A stretch of DNA of 63,757 nucleotides, filler included, from Octopus bimaculoides (taxonomy: Eukaryota): NCBI RefSeq assembly GCF_001194135.2. It is 4 parts of 3 records of this genome, joined end to end, with 100 filler letters (N's around TTAATTAATTAA, not from the genome) between each part and the next. Parts side by side here need not be neighbours in the genome. Positions count along the whole stretch, not along the records: positions 1 to 19,951 come from NC_068993.1; 3 more parts are not named here. The stretch is one strand, 5' to 3'. A program made the translations under genes and the position numbers. Shown one piece after another: positions 1-13,127 of this stretch (positions are counted from its first letter, which is position 1; each line of letters opens with the position of its first letter). The notes under the pieces are model-generated. The model was not told where the DNA came from, did not search any database, and was given only the letters and a program-made list of their open reading frames with translations.

Positions 1-58
1 TCTTCTTCTTCTTCTTCTCCTTCTCCTTCTTCTCCTTCTTCTTCTTCTTCTTCTTCTA

Positions 59-139
<81 letters not shown>
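1..139. repeat. (TCT)n followed by (TAT)n microsatellite
   Basis: Direct reading of the sequence. Confidence 0.95.
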
Positions 140-140
140 T

Positions 141-652
141 AAGACGTTGCACAGTATCCAGTATCGTGATGTTGTTGATAGAAGATATTTTTTCTACCGG
201 GGATTTGTACTGTTTGTCAAGTCAGAGAAATGGAACTCAGACAGTCAGTACATTTACGCAATATGCGTGCAGTTCCAAGTAATGCCGACCTTTGCAATAG
301 ACCTCTCTTGTAGAGTATTTCTAAAGGTTCCAGATGTTTCTTCAGGCTGGTGTGGTATTGAACCCAATGCTCCGATGCCAATAGGGATAACCTTTATGAT
401 TGACGCTCGTAGCTGCCACATCTTGGCGATCTCAATTCTCAGGTCACCATATTTATCAATCTTTTCTTTTTTTATCATGATAATATGGTGATCTCCTGGC
501 ACGGCCATGTCGATTATTAGGCACTCTTGTTTGTCCCTCTTAACAGTTACTATGTCCGGCCTTCGGTGCTCTAACACCTTGCCTGGAAGTGAAAGTCCCA
601 GAGGATTTTTGCCTTCCCATTTTCGTCCATTACCTTTTCCGGTGTATGTTTG
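141..652 (-). mobile_element. 5'-truncated R4/Dong-clade non-LTR retrotransposon 3' end with restriction-like endonuclease remnant
   Basis: Minus strand reads KHTPEKVMDENGKAKILWDF, then (frameshifted) RRPDIV...LIIDMAVPGD...KEKIDKYGDL...VIPIGIGALG, the PD-(D/E)xK RLE signature of R2/R4-type elements. (TAA)n arrays flank both sides. Confidence 0.85.
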
Positions 653-654
653 TA

Positions 655-705
<51 letters not shown>

Positions 706-784
706 GTTATTATCATTAAGGCGGTGGGCTTATATATANNNNNNNNNNNNNNNNATTAGTTTAAAGCTCGGGAATAGAGAAAGT

Positions 785-820
785 CTTTGACGTTTCGAGC
801 CTACGCTCTTCAACTGAAAG
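785..820 (-). ncRNA. Degenerate minimal hammerhead ribozyme motif (PLE-type)
   Basis: Minus strand CTTT-CAGTTGA-A-GAGC GTAG GCTC-GAAAC-GTC-AAAG. Helices I and II, GAAAC and the GUC triplet are present, but the CUGANGA core has two substitutions. Confidence 0.5.
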
Positions 821-2302
821 GAACACAGAAAGAAATAACGAGAGAAACAAGGAGAAAAATATATATAAATGTAGTGGTCAGCAATCTATCATGGCGAATG
901 CCGGACAGAAGGATCACACGGGAGAGCTAAGAAAAAGGGGAGATAACAATGATGTGCTGAACCCAAGACCAGAAGCTGCGTGTGTGAGAGAGAATGCGGG
1001 TGATCTTAACGTATGTATGTGTGTATGTAGGTGTGAAGGTGTGAAAATGTGGGGAAGGGAATTGGTCAGTGCTAGTGTGTGCGTGGTGGTGTGTTGTGAA
1101 GTGATGTGTTGTGTGATATGTATACATATGAAAGTGGTAGAAACACATTTCCCGCCTGGATCGAGATCTCTCTATCCAAAGATGAAATTTAGACCGAGAT
1201 TTATAAAGACATAAAGACGAGAACAAAGCTATTTTTTTCAACACCATGTGAAATAGCAACGCTATCTCTTCTTTACGTAAATTTCTGCATATCGTTAATG
1301 ACATGTAGAGAAAGACATTAAAATGTTTTCCTTCATTAAAGATACACAAAAGAATTAATGATTTATTATTAGGAGAGAAATTCAAGCTACATTCATGTCA
1401 TTAAAAGGGAGTTAGTATTGCGATATAAAGAGATATAAAGATCTTAAGATGTATCGCTCATTGTTCTTGAGTTCTACTATATAGCTAAATGAAATAATTC
1501 ATAATTAGATGGAATTAAAATATGTCAGATGCCTTACAATTGAAGATAAGCAGACAACGCAGACAAGCTTTAGATGATCGTCATTAAGGATAAATATAAT
1601 CCTGTAACTTCAGAAGGAGGATTCGGAAATAAAAGCGAAAGGAGAAAAAGACAAAACATCCCTAAACATTATATGCATATATATATATATATATNNNNNN
1701 NNNNNNNNNNNNNNNNNNNNNNNNNNNNNNNNNNNNNNNNNNNNNNNNNNNNNNNNNNNNNNNNNNNNNNNNNNNNNNNNNNNNNNNNNNNNNNNNNNNN
1801 NNNNNNNNNNNNNNNNNNNNNNNNNNNNNNNNNNNNNNNNNNNNNNNNNNNNNNNNNNNNNNNNNNNNNNNNNNNNNNNNNNNNNNNNNNNNNNNNNNNN
1901 NNNNNNNNNNNNNNNNNNNNNNNNNNNNNNNNNNNNNNNNNNNNNNNNNNNNNNNNNNNNNNNNNNNNNNNNNNNNNNNNNNNNNNNNNNNNNNNNNNNN
2001 NNNNNNNNNNNNNNNNNNNNNNNNNNNNNNNNNNNNNNNNNNNNNNNNNNNNNNNNNNNNNNNNNNNNNNNNNNNNNNNNNNNNNNNNNNNNNNNNNNNN
2101 NNNNNNNNNNNNNNNNNNNNNNNNNNNNNNNNNNNNNNNNNNNNNNNNNNNNNNNNNNNNNNNNNNNNNNNNNNNNNNNNNNNNNNNNNNNNNNNNNNNN
2201 NNNNNNNNNNNNNNNNNNNNNNNNNNNNNNNNNNNNNNNNNNNNNNNNNNNNNNNNNNNNNNNNNNNNNNNNNNNNNNNNNNNNNNNNNNNNNNNNNNCT
2301 AT

Positions 2303-2345
<43 letters not shown>

Positions 2346-2417
2346 TATATGTATATATATATATATGTGTGTGTGTATGTGTATATACATATTTGTAGTA
2401 TATAAAGTGTATGTCTG

Positions 2418-2459
<42 letters not shown>

Positions 2460-3403
2460 TGTGTGTATGGGCGAGAGGAAGTAGGTACGTGAGAAATAAT
2501 ATATACAGTCTAGCATTCAGCACTTTGCATTCACAGTACATTCAATGTATTGATATATGTGTGTGTGTATGCACATATATATGTATGTAAGTTTGTTTTT
2601 TTATTCTCGTAAATCATGCAATCCCAGTCGCGTACCACTCGCACACATACACACATATATAACCTATATATTTTTATGTCTGTATATACGTATGCGTATA
2701 TATATATATGTGTGTGTGTGTGTATGTCTGTGAGTAGGCGTGTGTGTTTATTTATGTGCGTGCGTGCGTGCGTGTGTGTGTATGTGTGTGCGTACGTGTG
2801 CGTGTGTGTGTGTGTGAGAGCGTCTATTAGGCTGTTAGCCGTCGTAGGACAGATACCTTCAAAGGTATACTTTGACGTGATGTGTAATATCTAAAAATAT
2901 GACATACGTAGAATGATTATAATTTCACTGTTATTACATTTCTTTGGCATATAACAACACGACGAAGTGAATATTAATTTTTGGGAAGAATAATATTTAT
3001 TACCTTAAAACAAAATTAAACAAATGTCTCATTTGCATAACGCATCTCAAAAGCACTGTCATATACTGCCTTGCATCCTTCTCTTCCTCTTCCTGCCACC
3101 AACTCCAAGCTTAGTATATACACTTAACACGCATTTGTTGTATTAACTCTCTCTGTGTCACTCTTTTCCTCTCTCTCTCTCCCTCCTCCTCCTTCTCCTC
3201 CCTCTCTACCATTTAGAACGTAAATAAAAAAAGCAACCAACCAGCAACACTCCCCCCACACACACACACACGCACTCACTAAACATAGATACACATCGGG
3301 ATATGCGCATGCGCAAACAAAGACACATACAATAGGAATACAAAATACAAAATAGTTGATCGTTAGTAAGAAAAGACACATAAATAAGAAAGAAGAAAGC
3401 AAA

Positions 3404-3448
3404 GGACCACTGATGAGGTCACAGAAGTGTGACGAAAGAACTCTGGCC
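3404..3448 (+). ncRNA. Putative minimal type I hammerhead ribozyme
   Basis: GGACCA-CTGATGA-G-GTCACA GAAG TGTGAC-GAAA-G AA C-TC-TGGCC: intact CUGAUGA and GAAA boxes, 6-bp helix II, bulged helix I, 2-bp helix III, CUC triplet. Confidence 0.55.
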
Positions 3449-3555
3449 GAAGTACGATTATTGTAAAAAATAAAATAAAGCTGAAGCAAATTAACACCAA
3501 ATATATAGTGCGTGTGTTTTTATTGGCTAAACTGGCAACATGACCATCCCCAACT

Positions 3556-3593
<38 letters not shown>

Positions 3594-3968
3594 TTATCCT
3601 TGTGTGTGTATGTGTCGGTGTGGGTGTGCGTACGTGTGTATCGCTACATGAGTGGATAGAATTTTTTCTTATATTTAATCGAAGAATATTAGAAAGATGA
3701 ATCAAGTGAAGAGAGTTTCATGCATAGCACTCATCGAATGGTAGACCTTGGAATTGTGCTTCTGTGTATGCAGTTGTGTGCATTCGTATGGGTACGAGAA
3801 TGTTACCTTGTATATGACGAAACCCATTCGAAATATAGTTTTGCTGCAATGTGTAATTTATTTACTACAATTACGTTCAGTTACTCAAAGTGAAATATCT
3901 CCGGTCGAATATACCGCAATAATTTTACCTTTCCCCATGTATCGACATTAAATAAACAGATGGCTCTT

Positions 3969-4066
3969 TTAATCTACTACTCTTGTATATAGTGTGTATG
4001 TTTTTGTATGTATGTGTGTATGTATGTATGTATGTAGATAGATAGATAGATAGATAGATAGACAGA

Positions 4067-4110
<44 letters not shown>

Positions 4111-4223
4111 TAGATAGATAGATAGATAGATAGATATATGGATAGATAGATAGATAGACAAACAGATAGATACATACATACATGCATGCATACATACATA
4201 CATACATACAAAGACAGACAGAC

Positions 4224-4293
<70 letters not shown>

Positions 4294-4294
4294 C
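3969..4294. repeat. Compound (TATG)n/(TAGA)n/(CAGA)n tetranucleotide microsatellite
   Basis: Direct reading. It explains the SIYL-repeat ORFs. Confidence 0.95.
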
Positions 4295-4995
4295 TCACGT
4301 ACGCATATAGACAAAGATATATATAGATATATACACGTTATATCACCAGCAGCAACAATAGCAAAGCCAGGAGATGGGCGCAGGTGCCGTTTAAAAAAAA
4401 CCATACTGCCTTAATGACTGTAGATCATCATTACAAATTCAAGGTCGATATTATTCTGTATGTAGTAACAGATGCAAGAATTTAGAATCTACGAATATCA
4501 GAATTGAGGTCAAAAATCGACATCGAGGAGGCGAAAAAGAATCTTAGAACGCCTATTGTGAGAGTTCAGCTTTTTATTTGCTTTTTACCTTTTGTCAATC
4601 ATCATCAACATCGTCGACATTTTTGTTGCTGTATCAGTTAGAACTGCTTTATTGCTGTTGTTGCCGTTACATTTGTTGTTGGTGTTGTTCTTGTCGTTGT
4701 TGTTATTGTTGTTGTTGTTGCTTTGCCATTCTCATAAGATTCTTTTTACAAAAGTTTTTGGTGTCTTCGATTGATTGTTTATATGTTTTTTCTTCTTTTG
4801 GTTTGTTTTTTCTTTCATTTTGTTTCGGTTTTCTTTTGCTAATGCTGTTGACTTCTTGTGATGACGAAATTGGTGTCTAATTTTTTTCTTTTTTTTTTTG
4901 TTATGATTTATATGAGATTTTTTAATTTTAATTCTTTGTATATGTATGTTTATGACTATGTGTCCTGAATCTGTGTAAATATACATATATACATG

Positions 4996-5063
<68 letters not shown>

Positions 5064-5467
5064 GTGTGTGTAAATATACCTATATATATGTGTGTGTATG
5101 TATATACACGTACAAATATACACATATGCATATATATATATACACATACAATTATATCCGTATATACATATTTATCCACACATACACGCAAAAAATGGAT
5201 GCATACTCACACACACACACACACAAACTATCCTTTTCACAGTGTGTGTACGTGTGTGTATTTGTAATTTGCGTTGAAAGAATTTTTTAGACACGTGGCT
5301 GGGACTGTCTGTAGTCGGTGCCAGCAAGATATCTCACGAATGAGCCGATCAATGACCTTAACAAGGAATGTCAACACTTACAGGATAATACAATGAAAAA
5401 TTCTATTATCATTATTGTTGTTGTTGCTCTTCTTTTTCTTCTTCTTCGTCTTCTTCTTCCATTATTA

Positions 5468-5529
<62 letters not shown>

Positions 5530-5692
5530 GGATGGCGTTGATATTCATGTTTTCTCGTTATTTTCTCTTTCTTGGTTTTCGATTTTTATCAAAATCACAA
5601 CGCATATGAGACCATCACCACAAAAATTCTTCCAGCGGCAATGGAGGCATTTCGGTCTTTTGCACCTACTGCAGCATCAGCTGCTACCTCTG

Positions 5693-5736
<44 letters not shown>

Positions 5737-5821
5737 GCTGCTGCTGCTACCAAAGTTGCTGCCAAAGTTTTCATCTCTGTAACAGTTACTAATAGAGAAT
5801 ATCTTTTGTGTACTTGTAGGT

Positions 5822-5960
5822 AGTGGAGGCGCGTGGCGTAATGATTAGGGGGAATTGCACCATCGATCGCTTGATCGTGGTTTCAATTCCCAGACTGCGC
5901 TGTACGTTGCGTTTTCCTGAACAAAACATTTCCATTTTCTATTTCCGCGATCACGTCGAC
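5822..5960 (+). mobile_element. tRNA-derived SINE head fragment
   Basis: Degenerate A-box (GGCGCGTGGCGTAATGATTAGG) and B-box-like (GTTTCAATTCCC) motifs. Similar to the head at 42415 and to the minus-strand head near 17800. Confidence 0.55.
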
Positions 5961-6151
5961 ATCTGATGTGTTGTACACCATCCACTTGTATATGTAATGG
6001 CTTTTTGATAACGGTGACAGAGCTAAGATATGATTGCTATAATAAAATCAACTGTCAAGGTTGTTCAGCACGAAACTGTGGAATCATTAACTACCGTTTA
6101 CGACAGGGAATTGTACAAAAAAAAAATAAAATAAAACAGTATCTTTTATCC

Positions 6152-6352
6152 TCTACCTGTTTAAGTCATTAGACTGGTGCCATTCTGGGGCACTACCTTG
6201 AGCAGTTTTTAGTGGAACGAATCGACCCTGAGTGCAGTTTTTTAAAGCTTAGTACTTATTCTATCGGTGCTTTTGCTAAACTCCTAATTTACGGGAATGG
6301 AAGCAAACCAACAACGGTTGTCAAGCAGTGATGGAGGAAAACACAGACACAA
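6152..6352 (-). mobile_element. Partial SINE (family A, 3' half)
   Basis: Similar to the 3' half of the copy at 13128-13510. Confidence 0.75.
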
Positions 6353-6578
6353 AGACAGGCGCATATCGATATATACATACATGCGAACATACGTACATGC
6401 TTCCATATATAATATAATATGCAGAACTATACATCGAGGAGGAGGAGGGTAGGAGAAGGAGGGGGGAGTGGAGGAAACATGGTCAGGAGTTTACGATTAG
6501 GTTTAAAGTTGCTGCTGGTATGAAGAAGGNNNNNNNNNNGGTAGCAGTAGTGGTGGTGGTGTTAGTAGCAGCAGCAGC

Positions 6579-6625
<47 letters not shown>

Positions 6626-7228
6626 ATGAGATGAAGAAGAAACGAAGGAGCATGAGGAGGGGGAGGAGAGGGAGGAGGAGGAGGGTAGGAGAAGGAGGGG
6701 GGAGTGGAGGAAACATGGTCAGGAGTTTACGATTAGGTTTAAAGTTGCTGCTGGTATGAAGAAGGCATTGCCTTTCCACTCTGTTGTTGACCTTTTTTGG
6801 GCCACTATTTCGAGCAAACTTTTTGCAGGATTCCTTCGTTAAATTTAATCGAAATGTGGGAATGTAGTCTAGATCTGGGTTGCATACGAACAACCGTTGT
6901 TTTTTCCAGCTCCATATAATACTGTCGTCCATTAAATGTGGATCGATTTAAGAGCGGGATTAACACAACATTGTATTGCGTAACGCTTACTGATCCAAAA
7001 CACGTGTAAGATAAATATGGATTATAAATTATGAACTAAAAACCAAATAATTCTTCATTCTTCTTTGTATTATATATATATTGTATGTATGTATGTATAT
7101 AGTATACTATTCGATGAAGGTGAGATCAACAGAAAAGTAGTCCATCTGGTGAAAGATAAATATTGTTTAATGCACACAGTATACATTTTTATGAGATACA
7201 CATACTTTCATGCGGTGAAAACGATAGT

Positions 7229-7418
7229 CAGCATTTTATAACATGTCTGGTGCCTTTATGCAATCTCCAGGCTGTTCTCCCATGCCATGTACAAGCAAAA
7301 ATAGGGCGATAGAATAAGATAAAAAGGCGAGAAGAAGGTTGATGTAAAATCTGAAAGGGCGAAAACACGGCTGAGCCCGAAGATTGCATGAAGGCACCAG
7401 ATGTCTTACAAAATGCTG
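7229..7418. repeat. Foldback / MITE-like inverted repeat (38-bp arms, about 114-bp spacer)
   Basis: 7229-7266 CAGCATTTTATAACATGTCTGGTGCCTTTATGCAATCT is nearly the reverse complement of 7381-7418. Confidence 0.65.
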
Positions 7419-8707
7419 TCTGTGTCATTTTTCATTGCATGAAAATATCTGTAGCTTATAGAAATATGTACTATGTCCATTAAACTATGTATACATGTAT
7501 ATGAATATATATGTATATATGTATATATATAAGTATATGTATATGTATATGCACAATGGCGAAAATTCATGGAGTTTGTATGATAATGTTTCTTGCAAAT
7601 TGGCAAGTGCAAACTTTGATGAAAATATTTTACTCCACTTGCCAAATTTATTTACTTTTTTTTTTACATATGACCGATTTCCAAGTGGGTAAATGTTTCA
7701 ATATATAAGAGTCTTTGATAATTTAGTAGTTATTCATTTTGCTTGCTATCTCTCTCGTAACCACATCCACTAAGCTCCCACCATTCTAAGACAAGAATCC
7801 TGTCAACGGATGAAAAGATAATTCATTCCTGTATGATATTTAAACGTGAAGTAAAAGCGGACCGTGCAAACTTGAATTAAAGAGAATAAGCGTTATTTTA
7901 TTACCAGAAATAGTATGTTATAGTGATAAGGTTCAGCTGTCGGTATTTTACGTGCTTAGTTTATCAAAGTAAACCAGTTGAGTTACGAGAATCTCAAATA
8001 TATACGGAGATTATACGAACTAACCACCAGCAGCTCCTTGCTGTTTATATGAAAGAACACACACAAAACAAGAATCATATAAAAGCTTTATCGTTATAAT
8101 AAATGGCTGCATTGCAGTATAGCAGAAACACACACACTTACACACACACACACAAACACTTACACACACACACACGCAGCTAACATCCATCCCTTATGAT
8201 GCAAATCATTGCAGTCCAACTATTTGGCATTTTGACTTATTTTATTTCTCGTAATAAGTAATAACATTGAAAATAGAAATATGGGCATACATTCATTCGT
8301 GAAGAGGGTGTGTGTGTATATGTAATAGATATGTAAGTGTGTGTGTGTGTGTGTGTATGCGTATCTATGTAGGTGAGTGCGTTTGTGTGTGTGTGTGTGT
8401 GCGTGCATGTGTGCGTATACATGCATATCAAATACATCAGTAGATACGTAGATATGTATGTTTATACATGTATATATGTTTCTATATCTGTATACGTATA
8501 CATATATATATATACATATATATACAAATATATATATATATATATATATACACATACACACATATATAAATATGATATATGTATATATTGGTAAATGTGT
8601 TTATATTTCTGTATTGGAATGTATATATCTATATATATATATGTNNNNNNNNNNNNNNNNNNNNNNNNNNNNNNNNNNNNNNNNNNNNNNNNNNNNNNNN
8701 NNNNNNN

Positions 8708-8744
<37 letters not shown>

Positions 8745-9715
8745 TATATAACATATATATATACATATATTCAGATGTATATATATATGTATATATGTAT
8801 ATATATGTATGTATATATGTATATATATGTTCTTCTGTATGCAAACATACACTTATACATACACTCATAATACAGATGATTTCTCTTGAAGGGAGTATAT
8901 ACATGTTATCTGTGCGAAGATATATGTGTGTGTACGTGTATATCTGAGCGTATGTGTTTGTTTATAGTCGGCAGAGGGGGTTATCAATAGGTTTTGATAT
9001 ATTTATAGTGATCCCAATCGTTATAAATGTACACGATCCGTCTAGCTGATCTTCAACTTTAAGTGCTGCGAATAATCAGCCTAGAGAAATATATGAGAAA
9101 CTGTCAAAGTAATATTACGCTTAAACGAAATACGAGTGTTGCTCGGATTATGATCTTTGAAAGTTTCACCACTCGGATTGGTTAGTTTCTTTTTATCTTT
9201 CTAAATAATGTTGAAGTTTCCAAAGTCGATAGGGTTTCAGTCTACTAATCGAAAGTTTTCAGGGTGGATATCTTGCTCTGCTGGGTCCATAACTAAACCA
9301 TTTAGATTATAGCTAACGCTGACTCAGTTCAGTTAGCTCTAAATCGCTGCGATGTGTATGCACATGTACCGATCGCCATCTAATTGGGTTTTACGGAACA
9401 AACTGTCTTTTTATAGTATAAAAATGGGATTTTGCGATGTTCATTTCTTTTCCCTCAAGCATTTCTTGTTATAACTGAACTGAAATCGTTTCAACAGAGT
9501 ATCGATATTACGAGAGGCTTTTGATCATCTGCTCGCATTTTTCGTGGACTACGATATTTTTCACTACAATACAGAGCACAGAATATTTATTTAACCTCCA
9601 TTCTTTCTTTGATTGAGCCATAAATGAGTCTCAAGTTCAAGTATCTACGTATCTTTTATGATAGGAGCACCATCATCATATCCTATCATAATCTTTTGTG
9701 GTTAAGCCATGGAAT

Positions 9716-9920
9716 AAGCCTAAAGAGGACAATCAAGGACAGACAAAGGGATTAAGTCGATTGCATCGACGCCCTGTGTAACTGGTACATATTTTATCGA
9801 CCCCGAAAGGATGAAAGGCAAAGTCGACCTTGGCGGAATTTGAACTCAGAACGTAAAGACAGACGAAATACCGCTAAACATTTTGCCCGGCGTGCTAACG
9901 TTTCTGCCAGCTCGTCGCCT
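9716..9920 (-). mobile_element. SINE family B (AGGCGGTGAGCTGGCAGAA head)
   Basis: Reverse complement of the copy at 12034-12248. A family A head fragment abuts it at 9923-10076. Confidence 0.85.
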
Positions 9921-9922
9921 TA

Positions 9923-10076
9923 GTTTCAGTTTCCGTCTACCGAATCCAATCACAAGGCTCTAGTCGGTCTGGGGCTATAGCAAAAGACACTTGCCCATGA
10001 TGCCACACAGTGGGACTGAACACGGAACCATGCGGCTGAGAAGCAAATATCTTACCACACAGTCACACTTACGCCT
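9923..10076 (-). mobile_element. SINE family A, 5' head fragment
   Basis: Reverse complement of 13128-13280. Confidence 0.8.
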
Positions 10077-10514
10077 ATACACAGCTACCACAGTATATAA
10101 AGATTCAATAAACTTAAATATTTTAGAAAATTTCGTTTTCTTTTTTTATTGTTAAACTTTCAACTGTCAATCACGATTTAATGACACATCTGTTAAAAAT
10201 TTCGCTAAGCAGCCAAAATTCTTCAGATGAACTTTTCTAAATAGACACGTCTGTGAGTATGATGCTTGATTCTGTTAATTAATGCTCTTGTGTCCTTTCA
10301 GAGAAAGAGACGTCGGTAACAGATGATGGTGGGGTCGAGCGGAGTAGTTAGAAATAAATTTACTTTAGCTGTCCATATTAAATCTCTACGAAAATATGAC
10401 AGGTATCCGTCTATTACGGTGAAGCTAGGTGAAACTTTTCCAGACGTTTCATACTTACGGTCCAATATTATTCACACACACATGCACACTCATACTCAAC
10501 TTTCAACCAAATAT

Positions 10515-10881
10515 AGTTGATGATGAGGAGGAGGAGGAGAAATGTGGCGGTAGTGGTGGTGGTGGTGGTGGTGGTGGTGGTGGTGGCGGCGTTGACGGCG
10601 GCGACGACGGCGTCGGCGGCGGCAGTCGTGGTCGTGGCGGTGGTCATGGTCGTGGAAGTAAGGTTGATGTTGATGATCATGATGATTGCGGCCGTAATGG
10701 TGACGTCAAAGATGATGATGATGATGGTGATGATGATGATGATGACGACGAGGAGAAGGAGGACGACGACGACGATGACGATCATGATGATGGAAATGTG
10801 ATGAGGATGATGGAGATGAAGGTAGTGGTAGGATGACGGTGATGATGATGGTGATTGTAGTGGCGGTGGTAGTAATGCTGG

Positions 10882-10916
<35 letters not shown>

Positions 10917-10940
10917 GTGACGACGACAAAGCTGATGATG
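10515..10940. repeat. Compound (GGT)n/(GAT)n/(GAC)n trinucleotide low-complexity tract
   Basis: Direct reading. It explains the poly-G, poly-D and poly-M ORFs. Confidence 0.9.
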
Positions 10941-11927
10941 GAAAACCTAATGACTAGTTATATCAAGTTGTCTAGTTTAATGTACTCTATTGGTTCATCG
11001 CCATTTCGCTTTTCACTCCACTGAGGCCTTATCAAAGAAATGCTATCAAATATCGACGTGAAGATGGAATAATTTTAACACCATTTAACTCTTGATATCA
11101 GTAAAATAAAACTTTTCTGTAAAGAATTAGTGTTTTTCATCCATCGCAATTCTTCAACTTATTTAATCTTTGGGAAGTCGGTAACACAAATGAAATAGAT
11201 AAAAAGGTAAAATTTATTCTTGAAGACAGTTCCTACCTTAGGTGGTTACTGTTTTGTCAAATTCTATTATTTTAAACTGACCCAAGATGTCGCAGTTCTG
11301 GATAGGACATTATGTTACTCCAAGATGTATATTGAAGGACTGTGTTAAAAAGGTCTACATCCTGACATCGCGAACGCGAATTCGTTGGTTTTATACTTAA
11401 AAAATATGTGGCAGTCTCTCGTAGTTCGAAAAAGACGGTTTTGCAATTTCTTGCACAAACGATTTCTTTATAGTGATCAAATGTATGTGTTGTGGATTAA
11501 CTCGATTCTTCTATTAAATCGACGTTGCCAGAACAGGGGTACGGTGTGCCACACGTCATGAGTTGAAGTGATCACAGAGCAACCTGGGTTGCTGTGTTTT
11601 GCTCAAGGACACAAAGCAACACCCGGTCCAGGATTTGAAACCACAATCCCGCAATTGTGAATTATTCAAACCCCAAAGAATTCCGCTCAGCATATGGCTA
11701 TGATGTCCCCCCACTACATCTGCTTGTGATCAGAGATATACATATCGTCAGCCACTATAAAGGACATGCTCAACTGGTTAAGGTCAAACAACTGACAAGC
11801 AAATTTGTGGTATGGAACAGAATAGTCCATCTTTTATACTAAGACAAAACAATGTACATGATAACATTTCTAATCAGTTAAGATCAAAAGCCATAAGAGC
11901 CACTGCTTGGTACTGCATCAAGGCATA

Positions 11928-11987
<60 letters not shown>

Positions 11988-12033
11988 CATCATCATCATC
12001 ATCATCATTATTACTACTAATACTACTATTATT

Positions 12034-12246
12034 AAGGCGGTGAGCTAGCAGAATCTTTAACACGCCGGGTGAAATGCTTAGCGGTATTTCGCCTGCCGCT
12101 ACGTCCGAAGTTCAAAATCAGCCGAGGTCGACTTTTCCTCTCATCCTTTGGGGGTGGACAACAAATTAAGTACCAGTCATGTACTGGTGTCGATGTGATC
12201 GACTATCCCTGTCCCCCCAAATTCCAGGCCTTGTGCCTATAGTAGA

Positions 12247-12248
<2 letters not shown>
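12034..12248 (+). mobile_element. SINE family B inserted after (ATT)n
   Basis: tRNA-like head and shared body (GTTCAAAT..CCGAGGTCGAC..TCATCCTTT..GGGG..AAATTAAGTACCAG) seen in several copies. Confidence 0.85.
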
Positions 12249-12281
<33 letters not shown>

Positions 12282-13127
12282 TTTGCAATTACGAGCCATT
12301 TCTATTTAATCTTAGTCAATCACATAGATACTGGCCTTCAGCATGCTTCTTTTGGCTTCCGTTCTGCGACAGAGTGTCATTGTTGACGCTAATGTTTATT
12401 GTGACTGTTCTGATGATGATGATGATGATGATGTCTGCTGTCCTAGTTCTTGTGTGTGTCAGCGGTGGCGACGGTAGCGTTAGTGGAAGTGAAAGTCGAC
12501 ATCGGCTTCATGTCTGTGATGATGGAGGAGAGGTGATTGTAGCGATGATATTTTTTCTTGTATTTTCATAATTTTTGAAAATGAAATTTTAACAAAATAT
12601 TTCATTTCTGATTCACACCACATTAACGCTACAATGATACGACATAATTGTTCGTTATTATATAAATAATTTATCCAAATGACTGTGGTGATGGTGGCGG
12701 GGCGGGAAGGCGTTTTTGTTAATGAGCGAAATTTCTTTGTTTTCTATTTAACTTTACTTTCTTGTTTGTGTCTCTTTTCTTTTATATTTTTTTCTAATTT
12801 TCTAAATTATTTTATTGTTTTATTCTGCGGTGATAAATCACGTTTCATGTAGAAATGGATGACATTACGACGAACACTTTGATTGTTTGGGCAAATATTC
12901 AAAGACTTCGCATTATTAGCAAGGTTTATGAAGCAAAGACAAAGACACGGACCGTTTATAAAATAACATTAACGAAAACAACAAGGCATACAAAGAAGAC
13001 GACATCGAAGACGAAACGTTTAATAAAAACAACTACAGCAGCACCTGCCTGCCGACACGAAATTTCCCAATAAGGGAATCTCAACATACTAGATATAGCA
13101 GCCAAATCTTTATTTTTAAAATTTGAA

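Noticed and set aside
1574-2541. Long ORFs spanning N runs (also 21-25 kb, 30.5-31.8 kb, 37 kb, 42.6 kb)
   Set aside because: They are open only because N codons contain no stops.
3925-5290. YI/CV/HT/SIYL-repeat ORFs here and throughout the window
   Set aside because: These are translations of di- and tetranucleotide microsatellites.
6436-6765. Exact 94-bp direct repeat (6436-6529 and 6672-6765)
   Set aside because: The first copy ends exactly at a 10-N gap, which is typical of an unmerged contig overlap and probably an assembly artefact.
6483-6932. 149-aa minus-strand ORF with about 80 non-repetitive N-terminal codons
   Set aside because: No recognisable domain or splice context; the remainder is simple repeat and crosses the artefactual duplication.
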